The translations under genes were made by a program, and so were the position numbers. The notes beneath the pieces are model-generated. The model was not told the DNA's origin, ran no database searches, and worked only from the letters and a program-made list of their open reading frames with translations. DNA of 64,000 bases from a virus (taxonomy: Duplodnaviria; Caudoviricetes). This document shows positions 27,019-36,523 of the stretch, in pieces. Numbering within the stretch: the first letter of the stretch is position 1; every line of letters starts with the position of its first letter. Where the stretch lies: the IMG/VR virus record IMGVR_UViG_3300046786_000888, positions 14,106 through 78,105 of that record; one strand, given 5' to 3'.

Positions 27019-27972
27019 TCAGTTGCCATCAAGGAACAGCAGCTTGGCTCGCAAAGCCTCAGGGGACATGTTGTTCAGGTAACGCCAGGCTTGGTCAGGA
27101 GCCTGGTTCATAACCTGACCAAACTGTTCCCACTGCATGTTGGGATCTTGCTGAGGTTGACCGCCGGTAGCAGCAGCGGGCACGGCAGGAACTTGGTCAT
27201 AGTTCAGCCGATAATTTTGCTGTTGAAGAGCGGCGCTAGCCTCGTCAGCAGCGATCTGCTCATCGGTGCGCAGGTCAGTGGGATACACCTCAGTGAAGAA
27301 CCGGTTGGTGTAATCAGCAAGCTGATCGGGATCGGTCAGGATCTGCTCCATCGCCATGCCGCGGGTGGCAATTTGCTCAAGAGTCTGATGCTGTTGAATT
27401 AGGGCGTCCTCCAGAGTGGTGGAGTACTGATTCAGAATCGCCGGAGCTTCCAGACCGAAGTGGTTAACGACGGCGGCGCTTGCTTGGCTTAACTGCGGCT
27501 CCTGCGCCGTAGAAGTCGGCGAGGAAATTGGGGTCGTATAGACGTTGTTGGATAAGGTCGGCTGAGCCGTAGGGGGTTGGTAAGCCCAGGGCTGTTGGAC
27601 CTGTGAAGCCAGATTGCTCTGTTGAATATCCTGCGCCGCCAGTTGGGGCTGCGCTAACGATGCTGTCTGGCTGGGGGACGGGGAGAGCCGGGAGACGATC
27701 CGGTCCAGGCTGCCCAGCGCTGCTTCCCACGGGTTGCTCGGGGAGGAGGCTGACGGAAACTGGCTGGACTGGCTGCTGATAGAAGGGGCCGTAGCCAGTT
27801 GTGCCGGCGACGGCGCTTGGGCTGTAGTTGCCGAAGCTACCGCCGGGGTAGGGGTTTGCGCTACCCACTGAGGGTAAACGGTTGAGCCCATATCCGGGGA
27901 GAAGGCCGCCTGGGGCGCCGCTACTGCCGGGGAGACCGGGCTCGGGGTCGAAGCTGGGATCGCTTGGCTCAT
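27019..27972 (-). CDS. Probable capsid scaffolding protein
   Basis: Lies between portal and major capsid; disordered Q/P/S/A N-half, helical middle and short C-terminal helix. Confidence 0.6.
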   Translation of the reverse strand: MSQAIPASTPSPVSPAVAAPQAAFSPDMGSTVYPQWVAQTPTPAVASATTAQAPSPAQLATAPSISSQSSQFPSASSPSNPWEAALGSLDRIVSRLSPSPSQTASLAQPQLAAQDIQQSNLASQVQQPWAYQPPTAQPTLSNNVYTTPISSPTSTAQEPQLSQASAAVVNHFGLEAPAILNQYSTTLEDALIQQHQTLEQIATRGMAMEQILTDPDQLADYTNRFFTEVYPTDLRTDEQIAADEASAALQQQNYRLNYDQVPAVPAAATGGQPQQDPNMQWEQFGQVMNQAPDQAWRYLNNMSPEALRAKLLFLDGN

Positions 27973-29704
27973 AGCTGCCCGAGTAAGTTAGTTCTTGCGC
28001 AAGGTGATCGAAGGTGCGGTAGAGAAGAGGCGTTATATTTAACCTCGGGTCTGCCGCTAAGGGCTGGGTCGGCGCAAGAGGGTGCGGCGACTGCATCAGC
28101 TGATTTAATGTTAGCAGGAAATTTTGTAGCGCGGCTTGCGTTTGTTGAATCATTCTGAAGGGGAATCCCTTCAACATTTCAGATCGCTCTAGATCACTCT
28201 TGTCTGGGAACAAGTAACGCAGAGCTTCCACGCTGTCAACACCGAGTTCTTGAAGATTTCGAACAACGATTGACTTTTGGTTGATGTCATACGCCGTGTC
28301 TTCGTATACATCGCCCTGGAAGCGATACGTGACTTCGCGGTCACCATCAGGCGGAAGACCAAAAACGCCGCTAGGAACTTTGTTTTCCGAAAGAGCTGTT
28401 TGGATAGCAATATCGACATCACGTTCGTACTTAGCCAAACGTTTCTGATATTTTTCCACAGCTTCCGGAGTTTCTTCTTTCGGTTCTTTAGGTGGGGCCA
28501 AACCCATAACCGAAATAAAGCTCTCTCGGAAAATCTGCTCTTGATGATAAATAATCATCTCCAGCAGACGGCAGAAGCCGTAACTTAAAAAACTCTTATT
28601 TTTACGAAGAGCAGTCGCCTGAGCACGACCCATAAGGCCCTTAATCTCAGTCGCAGTGGCACCGGCGCTAATTGATATTTCATCAACGCCGCCGAGTGCA
28701 GTTCGAATTTCCTCTCGTAATAAAAGGGCATAACGATTCATGTCCCCGTTAACGGGGTCAGGGGTCATATAACCGACTCGATCGGACGGCTCGACGTTGG
28801 CAATGATCCGAGGAACTCGAAGACCCCCGATGCCAGATTGCGATCCGAAAGGATCCGAGACCCGTGTGGATGGAGAATCTAAACCGCCAAATCCACTTTG
28901 ACTGCTGATCGTCGGACGGAAGTTACGATCGGTATCACTTGCCTCCACCAGATCGCTACGTGGACGCGAGCTGATGAGAGTCGGGTTGCCAAAGAACTCG
29001 ATGTTCTTGGCGATATTCTGCATCATCTGATCATGCAGAACAATCTGCTGCATGAACGGTTCGAACTCCCCCTCACCTTCAGTACCGCTAGCGTTTGGTT
29101 TGTTCAGAACCTCCACGGCGGGGATAAACCCGAGCGTATTAGGACGGCTGTTTCGGGGAGTAATGACGGAGCCGGGCTCTAAGTCAAAGCTCAGTTCCGT
29201 ATCGGCTTCATATTCCGCGATTGTCTCGGCCGTGATCGAAATACGGACGTACCTTTTGTTTTGTCCGTAAGTATTCGAAGGTAGTCCGAGATTACCGTTC
29301 TTAACTTTGTAGGAGTACAGGATCACAACCTCTTCAATCTCTCCGTTGAGGTCGTGGTAAACCCGGTACTGATTTTTGTTGAAGAAGTAAATCTGGTACT
29401 TAAGTTTTGGATCAGGTCTGAAGTAAAAAAGACCCGAACCGTCGATCAAAAAATTCCGAACGATAGCCGGGAAGCGGATATCAAGTTTATTAAGTTTTAT
29501 CAGATCATCCAGAAACTTACTACGAGCTTTATACGTATCCTGCTCACAATAGAAAAACAGACCCTTCTTAATCATAAGAAGGGTCATCTGCTGGACATGG
29601 CTCAGCACCACCATGGTGGCGGATTGCTTAGAGCGATCCTGAGTTCGGGCTGCCTCCAGAATCTCACTGAATCGTCCTCGGACACTTAGAAGATCTGCAG
29701 GCAT
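27464..29704 (-). CDS. Probable portal protein with long C-terminal extension
   Basis: 746 aa; lies between terminase and scaffold; 'RFPAIVRNFLIDGSGLFYFRP', 'LGFIPAVEV.N', 'IAKNIEFFGNP' fit a portal layout. Confidence 0.7.
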   Translation of the reverse strand: MPADLLSVRGRFSEILEAARTQDRSKQSATMVVLSHVQQMTLLMIKKGLFFYCEQDTYKARSKFLDDLIKLNKLDIRFPAIVRNFLIDGSGLFYFRPDPKLKYQIYFFNKNQYRVYHDLNGEIEEVVILYSYKVKNGNLGLPSNTYGQNKRYVRISITAETIAEYEADTELSFDLEPGSVITPRNSRPNTLGFIPAVEVLNKPNASGTEGEGEFEPFMQQIVLHDQMMQNIAKNIEFFGNPTLISSRPRSDLVEASDTDRNFRPTISSQSGFGGLDSPSTRVSDPFGSQSGIGGLRVPRIIANVEPSDRVGYMTPDPVNGDMNRYALLLREEIRTALGGVDEISISAGATATEIKGLMGRAQATALRKNKSFLSYGFCRLLEMIIYHQEQIFRESFISVMGLAPPKEPKEETPEAVEKYQKRLAKYERDVDIAIQTALSENKVPSGVFGLPPDGDREVTYRFQGDVYEDTAYDINQKSIVVRNLQELGVDSVEALRYLFPDKSDLERSEMLKGFPFRMIQQTQAALQNFLLTLNQLMQSPHPLAPTQPLAADPRLNITPLLYRTFDHLAQELTYSGSYEPSDPSFDPEPGLPGSSGAPGGLLPGYGLNRLPSVGSANPYPGGSFGNYSPSAVAGTTGYGPFYQQPVQPVSVSLLPEQPVGSSAGQPGPDRLPALPVPQPDSIVSAAPTGGAGYSTEQSGFTGPTALGLPTPYGSADLIQQRLYDPNFLADFYGAGAAVKPSKRRRR

Positions 29705-29722
29705 TTTACGAAAACGACGTTG

Positions 29723-30565
29723 TCAGGAGTCCGGAAGAAGGTACTCCTTCACTCGTTCTAGTTTAAACAATTCTGGCGGTAAAAGATCATGCGGGTACGG
29801 AGTCAGTACGTGATCTTTACGCCCAAGAGGATCTGTGCCTCCTGCTTCCGCTTTATACGCATCGAGGAAGTCAAGCATCTCTTGACTATACGCAGGAGCG
29901 TGTGCGTTAGGAATGTCGTCGTAGCAGTGAGAGAACGAAGTGAGCTTACGCTTAAGGCGCTCAGCTCCTCCCATCCAACTGAAGTGCCAGCCCGCGTCGC
30001 AATTACCAACAACAAGATCGTTGGGGTTCCGACGGATTTCGGAAAGCGTCTGACTGAGGTGCTCGTGCAAAACCACGGTGCCGCAGGTCCAGTTCGTTGG
30101 CGGTTTTGTTGCGTCGCCTTCAGGATCAACGACGCGAAGATCCGCACGGCCGTACATCATCGGCATCGACAAGCGCACACAACGCTTAGTGTCTTCTTTA
30201 GCTAGTTTTACAGCTTCTAAAAGCGCCGACGGCTTAGGAATCTCGTCAACATCCGAAAAAAAGAACGCAGAGTCGGGTGGAGTCATACGCATACCTACGG
30301 CAAGAGCGTCCCGCTGTGCGAATTCACGGATCCACGGGCTGGGAGCGATATCCGGAGGCGGAAGCTCGACGTGGAGAATTTGAATCTTTTCTTCGGGCAG
30401 CCCGAGCTTACGAATTGTCTCTAAACAAGTAAAAGGCTTTTCGTCGCCCTTAAAAGTACGGTTTGCGTCGGTGATTATAAACCCATCTACGACGTCTTTA
30501 AGCATTTCGACGCGCAGTGCAAGTAATTCGGCTTCGTTAAAGTAAAGAAAGCAATCAAATAACAT
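29723..30565 (-). CDS. GT17-like glycosyltransferase
   Basis: 'FDCFLYFNE.ELL.LR...L..VVD.F.I.DA..TF.G..K', 'SDVDEIP', 'GWHFSWMGG'. Confidence 0.85.
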   Translation of the reverse strand: MLFDCFLYFNEAELLALRVEMLKDVVDGFIITDANRTFKGDEKPFTCLETIRKLGLPEEKIQILHVELPPPDIAPSPWIREFAQRDALAVGMRMTPPDSAFFFSDVDEIPKPSALLEAVKLAKEDTKRCVRLSMPMMYGRADLRVVDPEGDATKPPTNWTCGTVVLHEHLSQTLSEIRRNPNDLVVGNCDAGWHFSWMGGAERLKRKLTSFSHCYDDIPNAHAPAYSQEMLDFLDAYKAEAGGTDPLGRKDHVLTPYPHDLLPPELFKLERVKEYLLPDS

Positions 30566-30655
30566 AAAAAGCTTTTGAAAGACAGAAAAAGCTTAGCATA
30601 ACGCCTAAAAAACAGTGTCTTGTGTACATCTTTATAAGATTTTGTAATAACTACA

Positions 30656-31147
30656 TTACTTTAAATTTTTGTTCTTTTTCCAAACCCATTTTTCCCTGCC
30701 TCCCGGACGACAGTTTTCTCTATGAGTAACCCATCTACAATTCTCAGGAGTGTACCCAAGCTTATTTTTTTCTCTATCAAGCTCTAATTCTTTTCTTGCT
30801 CCGTTCGCAAGAGCCCAGGACTCAAAGGCTTCAAAGTTTTCCGCCCACTCAGAGCATACAGTTATGTTCTTACGTATATAACTTTCATGATTATTGCACC
30901 TACACTTCATGTCAACCCAGCGATCATACAGCCAAGAATCCCCTGATCTGCGATCTCGTCCTCTGGTAGCTTTGCCGTGCTTATAAACCGAATGAACATA
31001 ATCAGGTTGACTCATTCGATATTTCTGAGCGCAGGACCTACAGCGTTCAGGCTTTTTGTGCTGTTGAATTAGTCTTATCTTTCCGCAGTCAATACAAGTG
31101 TGCTCAACGTATATATGATTTCCTTTCCTTACTGCCATGCTCGGCAA
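30656..31147 (-). CDS. Free-standing HNH-type homing endonuclease
   Basis: CxxC...CxxC followed by 'LYDRW.DMK.RC...ITVC.EW...F..F..WA...LELDR....GY.PENCRWVT'. Confidence 0.75.
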   Translation of the reverse strand: MPSMAVRKGNHIYVEHTCIDCGKIRLIQQHKKPERCRSCAQKYRMSQPDYVHSVYKHGKATRGRDRRSGDSWLYDRWVDMKCRCNNHESYIRKNITVCSEWAENFEAFESWALANGARKELELDREKNKLGYTPENCRWVTHRENCRPGGREKWVWKKNKNLK

Positions 31148-31383
31148 CTCCAGTAGCGAGCCTTGAGTTTACTCCCAGGATTATCGCAGTTGTGTCGCGC
31201 CAGAAAGGCTTGCTTTCGATCAGGGTCATTTTTTTTAATAGTCATATTTGGATCACCAAACCGCACCAAGCGCACTTGACCGTTTTCACGTGCCGCAACA
31301 GCAGATTTCTTACCTCCGCCAGAATCACGACGAGGTTTGTTATACCCGTCAAACACTTCTCCGGCGATCCGAATCTTAGCCAT
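31129..31383 (-). CDS. Small basic conserved phage protein
   Basis: 'VRFGDPNM.IKK.DP.RK.AF.ARH.C...A.YWSC..W'. Confidence 0.7.
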   Translation of the reverse strand: MAKIRIAGEVFDGYNKPRRDSGGGKKSAVAARENGQVRLVRFGDPNMTIKKNDPDRKQAFLARHNCDNPGSKLKARYWSCRAWQ

Positions 31384-31601
31384 CAGCCTTTATTCTTTCT
31401 CTTAATGTACTCAGAAGCTCGACGACGCGCTTCTTTAGCTTTTTCAGTATTGGGGACGTGCGTATTCACCGGTTTGTTGCCGGCGGTCGCCCGTTTTTTC
31501 TTTTCGTCGGTGGCGCGACGCTCATCCTCGCTCATGGAAGCCCACGCTGCTTTAGGCAGATAGCGTTCTGTGCGACCTTTTTCCCGCGCTAAATCAGCCA
31601 T
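31383..31601 (-). CDS. DUF5872-like protein, C-terminal half
   Basis: 'RYLPKAAWASMSEDERRATDEKK...VPNTEKA'; start MADL 2 nt after the upstream stop. Confidence 0.6.
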   Translation of the reverse strand: MADLAREKGRTERYLPKAAWASMSEDERRATDEKKKRATAGNKPVNTHVPNTEKAKEARRRASEYIKRKNKG

Positions 31602-31603
31602 AA

Positions 31604-31834
31604 CTAGGACTTTTTGCTTTTTTCGTATTCTTCGCGAGTTTGCCAATCCTCCTTGGACCAACGACTGAGCTTGTTCTCGCTAGATTTCTTACCTTCGTAC
31701 CTTCCGCCCGCCTCTTTGTAGTATTTAACAGCAAGCTGCATTGCTCTGGCCGAATGACCACCTAAGCGCTTACGGGCTTTAGCTTTTGCCGCCGCCCATT
31801 TTTTCGGGTCTCTTTTTACAGCGGTTTCAGACAC
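31604..31834 (-). CDS. DUF5872-like protein, N-terminal half
   Basis: 'SARAMQLAVKYYKEAGGRY...LSRWSKEDWQT'. Confidence 0.6.
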   Translation of the reverse strand: MSETAVKRDPKKWAAAKAKARKRLGGHSARAMQLAVKYYKEAGGRYEGKKSSENKLSRWSKEDWQTREEYEKSKKS

Positions 31835-32150
31835 TGGCTACAGGGGTTCCATTACCCGGCGAAACAGGAATACCGGTACGCGGCCCGCGCTTGGCGGCGG
31901 CCTTTCGAAGCATTTCCGCTTTTATTTCTTCCGTGGGATCTTGAAAAGGAGCAAACTCATCTTCGTAAGTACCGTAGGGACCGTACTGAGGAGGAATAGG
32001 AGCGTTCGGAGCCTCCTCACTTACTTGATTTTCATAATCATCACTGCGCATGGCCGCACGTTGCGCCGTTCGCTGACGACGAGACGCTAACTCCTGGGCA
32101 TTAAATGCCTTAGTAAAGAAGTCGCCGGCTTCGAGAAACGGGTCTGCCAT
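31827..32150 (-). CDS. Hypothetical protein
   Basis: ORF in operon. Confidence 0.55.
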   Translation of the reverse strand: MADPFLEAGDFFTKAFNAQELASRRQRTAQRAAMRSDDYENQVSEEAPNAPIPPQYGPYGTYEDEFAPFQDPTEEIKAEMLRKAAAKRGPRTGIPVSPGNGTPVASV

Positions 32151-32162
32151 TGTTATAGTCTA

Positions 32163-32360
32163 TTACATGCTGCCGATTTGTTGCGCTACGAGGGCTTTGG
32201 CTATTAAGTCCGATTTCAAAGCCGACATGAAATCGGAAGACGCCGCACCTCTTTTCTGAAGAGAGCTTAATATGTCGTCGGCGTCTAGACCAGCACGCTG
32301 ACGAAAACTAGAAGCGCCGCTTCCTAAATATTGCAGTAAAGCCGAGTAAGTATCGTCCAT
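32163..32360 (-). CDS. Hypothetical protein
   Basis: ORF in operon. Confidence 0.5.
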   Translation of the reverse strand: MDDTYSALLQYLGSGASSFRQRAGLDADDILSSLQKRGAASSDFMSALKSDLIAKALVAQQIGSM

Positions 32361-32362
32361 GC

Positions 32363-32650
32363 TTAATAGAGAATGAAGGCGTGCTCCACGGTGCTGATAC
32401 CGCTTACATGTGTCACAGAAATAGGCAACAAAACGTCTGTTCTGATGTGATCAAAAGTTAAAGGAGTTCCTGGAGAGTCCGCCAAGATAACGCAAAGAGA
32501 GTGATCAACGCTTTTGTTCTTGGACTCTACAAAAACACCTCGACAAGCGGGAAAAGTGGTATCTGTACCAGAAGCGTTTACTCTAAAACCGCTTGCGTAA
32601 GGCAAAGAAGCCGATTGTCCGTAGACAGACCCAAAGGCGCGGACATCCAT
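32363..32650 (-). CDS. Head-spike-base-like protein (RCAP_rcc01079-like)
   Basis: 'PACRGVFV...L.VILAD...LTF.....LLPISVTHV' resembles that family. Confidence 0.5.
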   Translation of the reverse strand: MDVRAFGSVYGQSASLPYASGFRVNASGTDTTFPACRGVFVESKNKSVDHSLCVILADSPGTPLTFDHIRTDVLLPISVTHVSGISTVEHAFILY

Positions 32651-32653
32651 GCT

Positions 32654-32881
32654 TTAACTGTGATCTACATTCGATTCTAACTCACCAATCAAGCACTGAA
32701 GGTACCAGGCCGCTTTTTTAAGGTCCTCCACGCCGTTTTTAAACTTGTATCGCCAAACATATTTAGCGATATTACCGTGACAGTAGTCCCGAAACCCTTC
32801 GGGGCCTAGTTGAGCCTTCAAAGCGTCGATGCACTCGATAGTACCCGACGTATAGTGCGAAGGATGATTGACGTTGTCCAT
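32654..32881 (-). CDS. DUF3310 (T7 gp1.7/SaV-like nucleotide kinase family)
   Basis: 'DNVNHPSHY....IECID...YC.GN..KY.WRY..KNGVEDLKKA.WYL'. Confidence 0.9.
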   Translation of the reverse strand: MDNVNHPSHYTSGTIECIDALKAQLGPEGFRDYCHGNIAKYVWRYKFKNGVEDLKKAAWYLQCLIGELESNVDHS

Positions 32882-32887
32882 AAAAAT

Positions 32888-33769
32888 TCAGATCTGAAGC
32901 ATTGTATCGCAAGTTATGAGCTCTGCCTGTTTCTGAGCAAGCTCTGTCGAGTATTTAGTGTCATCATGTGCCAATAAACAGCACGGATGAGGCTTATAAA
33001 CGCCATTTTCTTCAATAACCGGGATGCACCGCCGATGTTCGTGCCCAGCAGGGACGTTTTCGAACGCCAGACCCATAGAACTACGATCCGCTAAGGGCCA
33101 ATTTCTAAAATCGACGATTTTTACGCTTTTTGCGGGATCCATACTGTCACTTTTAACGTATTTAACCGCATCCGTGTTATCCAGTATCATTGCGGCGTAA
33201 TAGGGACTTGCTATCTGAGCAAAAAACTTGATTTCGTGATCAACCACGAGGGTTTTTTGTACATCAAAACCTCGATCAGACCAGACATTCGGTGTGCGTC
33301 TAGTTAAAAGGTACCGATAATGATTATCAAACGGTATCTTCTGCCCTTTAAAGGTTTCATAGCGAATAAAACCTGGCTCAAGCCCGTGCGCAGCCAATCT
33401 AGGCTTCCAACGCAACCAGTATTTAAAGTGATTCCAAGTTATAAGCATGTCATTTTCTTGATATATGTAATAATCGTACTTGTAGTTCATACAAGCGTGC
33501 ACTAAATCGTGTTTATGCGCCCAGGTCAGTCCCCATCCGGCATATTCGGGGCCTGCGACAACTATGTTTAGCTCTAACAGACCATGAAAAGGTCGCAAAA
33601 GTTGCGCTAGTTTATCAACGTCACTCTGCGCCTCGTAATTTACATATATAAACACAGAAACTTTAAGCTCAAACTCTGTATAAAGCTTCAAAACTTTCAG
33701 CAACTTTTCAATCCGAGCCAAAGGATCGTAAGCCGCAATAGCAACCCACAGTGTTTTACCAAAAACCAT
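32888..33769 (-). CDS. Probable GT-A fold glycosyltransferase
   Basis: 'YDYYIYQENDMLI' DXD-like motif; located among glyco genes. Confidence 0.55.
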   Translation of the reverse strand: MVFGKTLWVAIAAYDPLARIEKLLKVLKLYTEFELKVSVFIYVNYEAQSDVDKLAQLLRPFHGLLELNIVVAGPEYAGWGLTWAHKHDLVHACMNYKYDYYIYQENDMLITWNHFKYWLRWKPRLAAHGLEPGFIRYETFKGQKIPFDNHYRYLLTRRTPNVWSDRGFDVQKTLVVDHEIKFFAQIASPYYAAMILDNTDAVKYVKSDSMDPAKSVKIVDFRNWPLADRSSMGLAFENVPAGHEHRRCIPVIEENGVYKPHPCCLLAHDDTKYSTELAQKQAELITCDTMLQI

Positions 33770-33770
33770 G

Positions 33771-35294
33771 TCAATACTCGACAGAAAAACTACCTCTACG
33801 CTGAAGAAAAGTTATTAACCAAGTGTACGCATCTAGCAAGTCGTCATGAGCGGTAGCACCTACGTTAATCAGCTGGTCGAACAACGCATCGAACTTGCGA
33901 TATTTGTTAAAAACTACTTTTTGATTTTCTAAAAGACCCAGCGTGCCTCGGAAACGAGCGATTTTGTCGCCCCTAAAGCCTTTGACCTCGTGGATATGTA
34001 GATTGCTTAGCCCTCTTTCGTTCAAAAGAACGCGCCGGAGGTCCGCAGCGAGGCTTGCTTGATACGCCACGGATTCAACAACGAGCGTCACCGTGGAATA
34101 TGTCGGCTGATACTCCCCGTTGTACTTAGTTAAGATACCCCACTCAAGCAGCATGTCGCACAGCAGATCTATTTTTTCAAGATTTCCTATAGAACGACAC
34201 TGGTGTGCGTCTACGATGTAGTACTTATCCTTTAAGCGGCCTCCCAGGACAAACGCTGTGTAGTCAGACGTCTCGTTTTTACTGGCCGAAAGATCGATTC
34301 CGAGCGCCAAGCTGTCGAATTCGGTTGCCACGTCCCCCTTAATCAGCAGATCCGGGGAAACAACCAGATCACTTGTAGCTACGGGCTGTTGTTGATACTG
34401 AAAACAAAACGCAACCGGGTCGAGTTCTTTCTGTTGTAACAGATAATCAACAGACCATTGAGTCTGCCAGTAACTCTTGGGTTGGCCTTTGTCGTCGTAT
34501 GTCAGCGCTTCCTGCATAACCTGCTTCCACCCTTTTTCGGGCACAAACATCGTCTTGTGGATATCCAACGGATGGAATCGAGTGCCCAGACAAATAGATC
34601 TACCGCCTTCGAACACAATGGGAGCGATAACGCTACTCCAGTTATTATTCATCTCCTCCCGAATCGTCGGGTTTTTAATGTCCGCCGAGCTTTTTATAGG
34701 GTCATCGATCAGCACCAGATGAGCACGCTTAGACGTGATACTGCCTCGCAGACCCGCAGCCCTTAGCGTAAATTCTTCGTCACCTAACCGAGGGATATTT
34801 GCGTAGTCGTAGTCAATAGACCAACCTATATCGGACTGCATCCCCGGTTTGAGCCGACAGGTGGGAAAGATCTTGCGGAACTCCGAGGAGTCGACAATTT
34901 GCCGAATAATCCGGGACTTCGGAATAGCGGTAGCGATGTTGTAACTGACATAAATAATCTGTAGGGGTCTCCTGGCGGCTGTATGCCGACCGATGCACCA
35001 CGCGGTAAACATGTTGAGCACCGTGGACTTCGCGGAACCTCGGGGCGCCAAGATGTCAAGATTAGGCCCAGCTATGTCCAGAAGATACTTATTACTTTCG
35101 TTAGTTACTAAGTGCTCATGCCATTCGAGCATGTGCGGCGCAGGAGGTTTATCTAAGAGAGTACAGAAAGTATGAAAGTCGTTGGAGGCTTTAGTGTAGA
35201 TAGTTTCTATTACATTGTTATCCCCGGCTTCGACTGCCTTTAAAGCCCGTAGTTGAGCTCCCCGGCGATACGCAAAAGTCTCTCTACTCGGCAT
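33771..35294 (-). CDS. terL: Terminase large subunit
   Basis: Walker A 'APRGSAKST', Walker B 'LVLIDDPIK', 'FQYQQQP', RNase H 'GIDLSAS..DYTA' and 'HDDLLDA'. Confidence 0.93.
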   Translation of the reverse strand: MPSRETFAYRRGAQLRALKAVEAGDNNVIETIYTKASNDFHTFCTLLDKPPAPHMLEWHEHLVTNESNKYLLDIAGPNLDILAPRGSAKSTVLNMFTAWCIGRHTAARRPLQIIYVSYNIATAIPKSRIIRQIVDSSEFRKIFPTCRLKPGMQSDIGWSIDYDYANIPRLGDEEFTLRAAGLRGSITSKRAHLVLIDDPIKSSADIKNPTIREEMNNNWSSVIAPIVFEGGRSICLGTRFHPLDIHKTMFVPEKGWKQVMQEALTYDDKGQPKSYWQTQWSVDYLLQQKELDPVAFCFQYQQQPVATSDLVVSPDLLIKGDVATEFDSLALGIDLSASKNETSDYTAFVLGGRLKDKYYIVDAHQCRSIGNLEKIDLLCDMLLEWGILTKYNGEYQPTYSTVTLVVESVAYQASLAADLRRVLLNERGLSNLHIHEVKGFRGDKIARFRGTLGLLENQKVVFNKYRKFDALFDQLINVGATAHDDLLDAYTWLITFLQRRGSFSVEY

Positions 35295-35348
35295 GTTGAT
35301 AAACTGACAGCGCTGTTATAGTGATTGTACTCGATTCGCCGCGTTTGC

Positions 35349-36521
35349 ATGTCGAAAATCCTTTGGTATGGTGATGCCTGTAGTAACACAGGCTTTGCGA
35401 GAGTAACACACAGCGTATTAGACGTTCTTAAAAACGAACACGAAGTCGTGGTGATGGGAATCAACCACACGGGTGATCCTCACGATAAACCGTATAAGGT
35501 ATATCCGGCTTGTCCTGGGGGCTCAGGCGATCGATTCGGTATCGGCAGGATTCCAGAGATCATCGAAAAGGAAAAGCCGGACGTCGTGATCTGTCTTAAC
35601 GACATTTGGGTCGTGAACCAATTCTGGGAGCGCTGTCAGTTCCTAAAAAATCAGATTGGTTTTAAGTTTATTGCTTACTTCCCGGTAGACAGCGAAAGCT
35701 ATTTCCCGGACATGCTGCGGCACATAAAACACTGGGATCTAGCAGTAACTTTTACCGTACCGTCTGCTGAGCGCGTCATGAAGTATGGGGCCGATGCGCC
35801 TCGACTTGCTGTGCTTCCCCACGGTGTCGATACAGGCCGCTTCTATCCGATCGACAAAGCTGAGGCCCGAAAACGAATCGGAATCCCCGAAGATAAATTC
35901 GTGGTGCTCAATGCAAACAGAAACCAACCTCGTAAGCGCATCGATTTAACGATCAAGACCTTTGCCGAGTTTGCAGTGAACAAACCCGACACCATGCTGT
36001 ACCTACACATGGGTACCAAAGACATGGGTTGGGACATCCTGCCGCTCTTTAAACACGAGATGCAGCGCCGTGGCCTAGACGACGCCAATCGCCTGATTCT
36101 GACTTCGGCGAATATCAACTACCTGAGCGCACCTCCGGACGAACTGCTAAATACGATTTATAACGCCTGTGATGTTGGCATCAATACATCCGACGGGGAA
36201 GGCTGGGGTCTCGTCAGCTTCGAACACGCAAGCTGCCAAAAACCTCAGGTGGTCCCCAAACACACCGCGTGTCAGGATATCTGGGAAGGTGCGGCCGAAC
36301 TTATCCCCATTTCCACATGGGTTGTGGATAAAGACTTAGGAGTTGAGCGAGGTCTCATCGACATAACGCAAGCTGCTCGCATTTTGGACGATTTATATTT
36401 TGCTGCGGATGTCTACAACGAAGTTGCCGAAGCGTGTTACGCCGTTACACAAAAGCCCGAATATCGCTGGGAATCGATAGCCGCAGGCTTTAGCGCAGCC
36501 ATTAAAGATCTGGGAGTTTGA
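35349..36521 (+). CDS. GT4-like (GT-B) glycosyltransferase
   Basis: 'TGFARV', 'PHGVD...FYP', 'NRNQPRKRID', 'YNACDVGIN.S.GEGWGL...E'. Confidence 0.9.
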   Translation: MSKILWYGDACSNTGFARVTHSVLDVLKNEHEVVVMGINHTGDPHDKPYKVYPACPGGSGDRFGIGRIPEIIEKEKPDVVICLNDIWVVNQFWERCQFLKNQIGFKFIAYFPVDSESYFPDMLRHIKHWDLAVTFTVPSAERVMKYGADAPRLAVLPHGVDTGRFYPIDKAEARKRIGIPEDKFVVLNANRNQPRKRIDLTIKTFAEFAVNKPDTMLYLHMGTKDMGWDILPLFKHEMQRRGLDDANRLILTSANINYLSAPPDELLNTIYNACDVGINTSDGEGWGLVSFEHASCQKPQVVPKHTACQDIWEGAAELIPISTWVVDKDLGVERGLIDITQAARILDDLYFAADVYNEVAEACYAVTQKPEYRWESIAAGFSAAIKDLGV

Positions 36522-36523
36522 TC

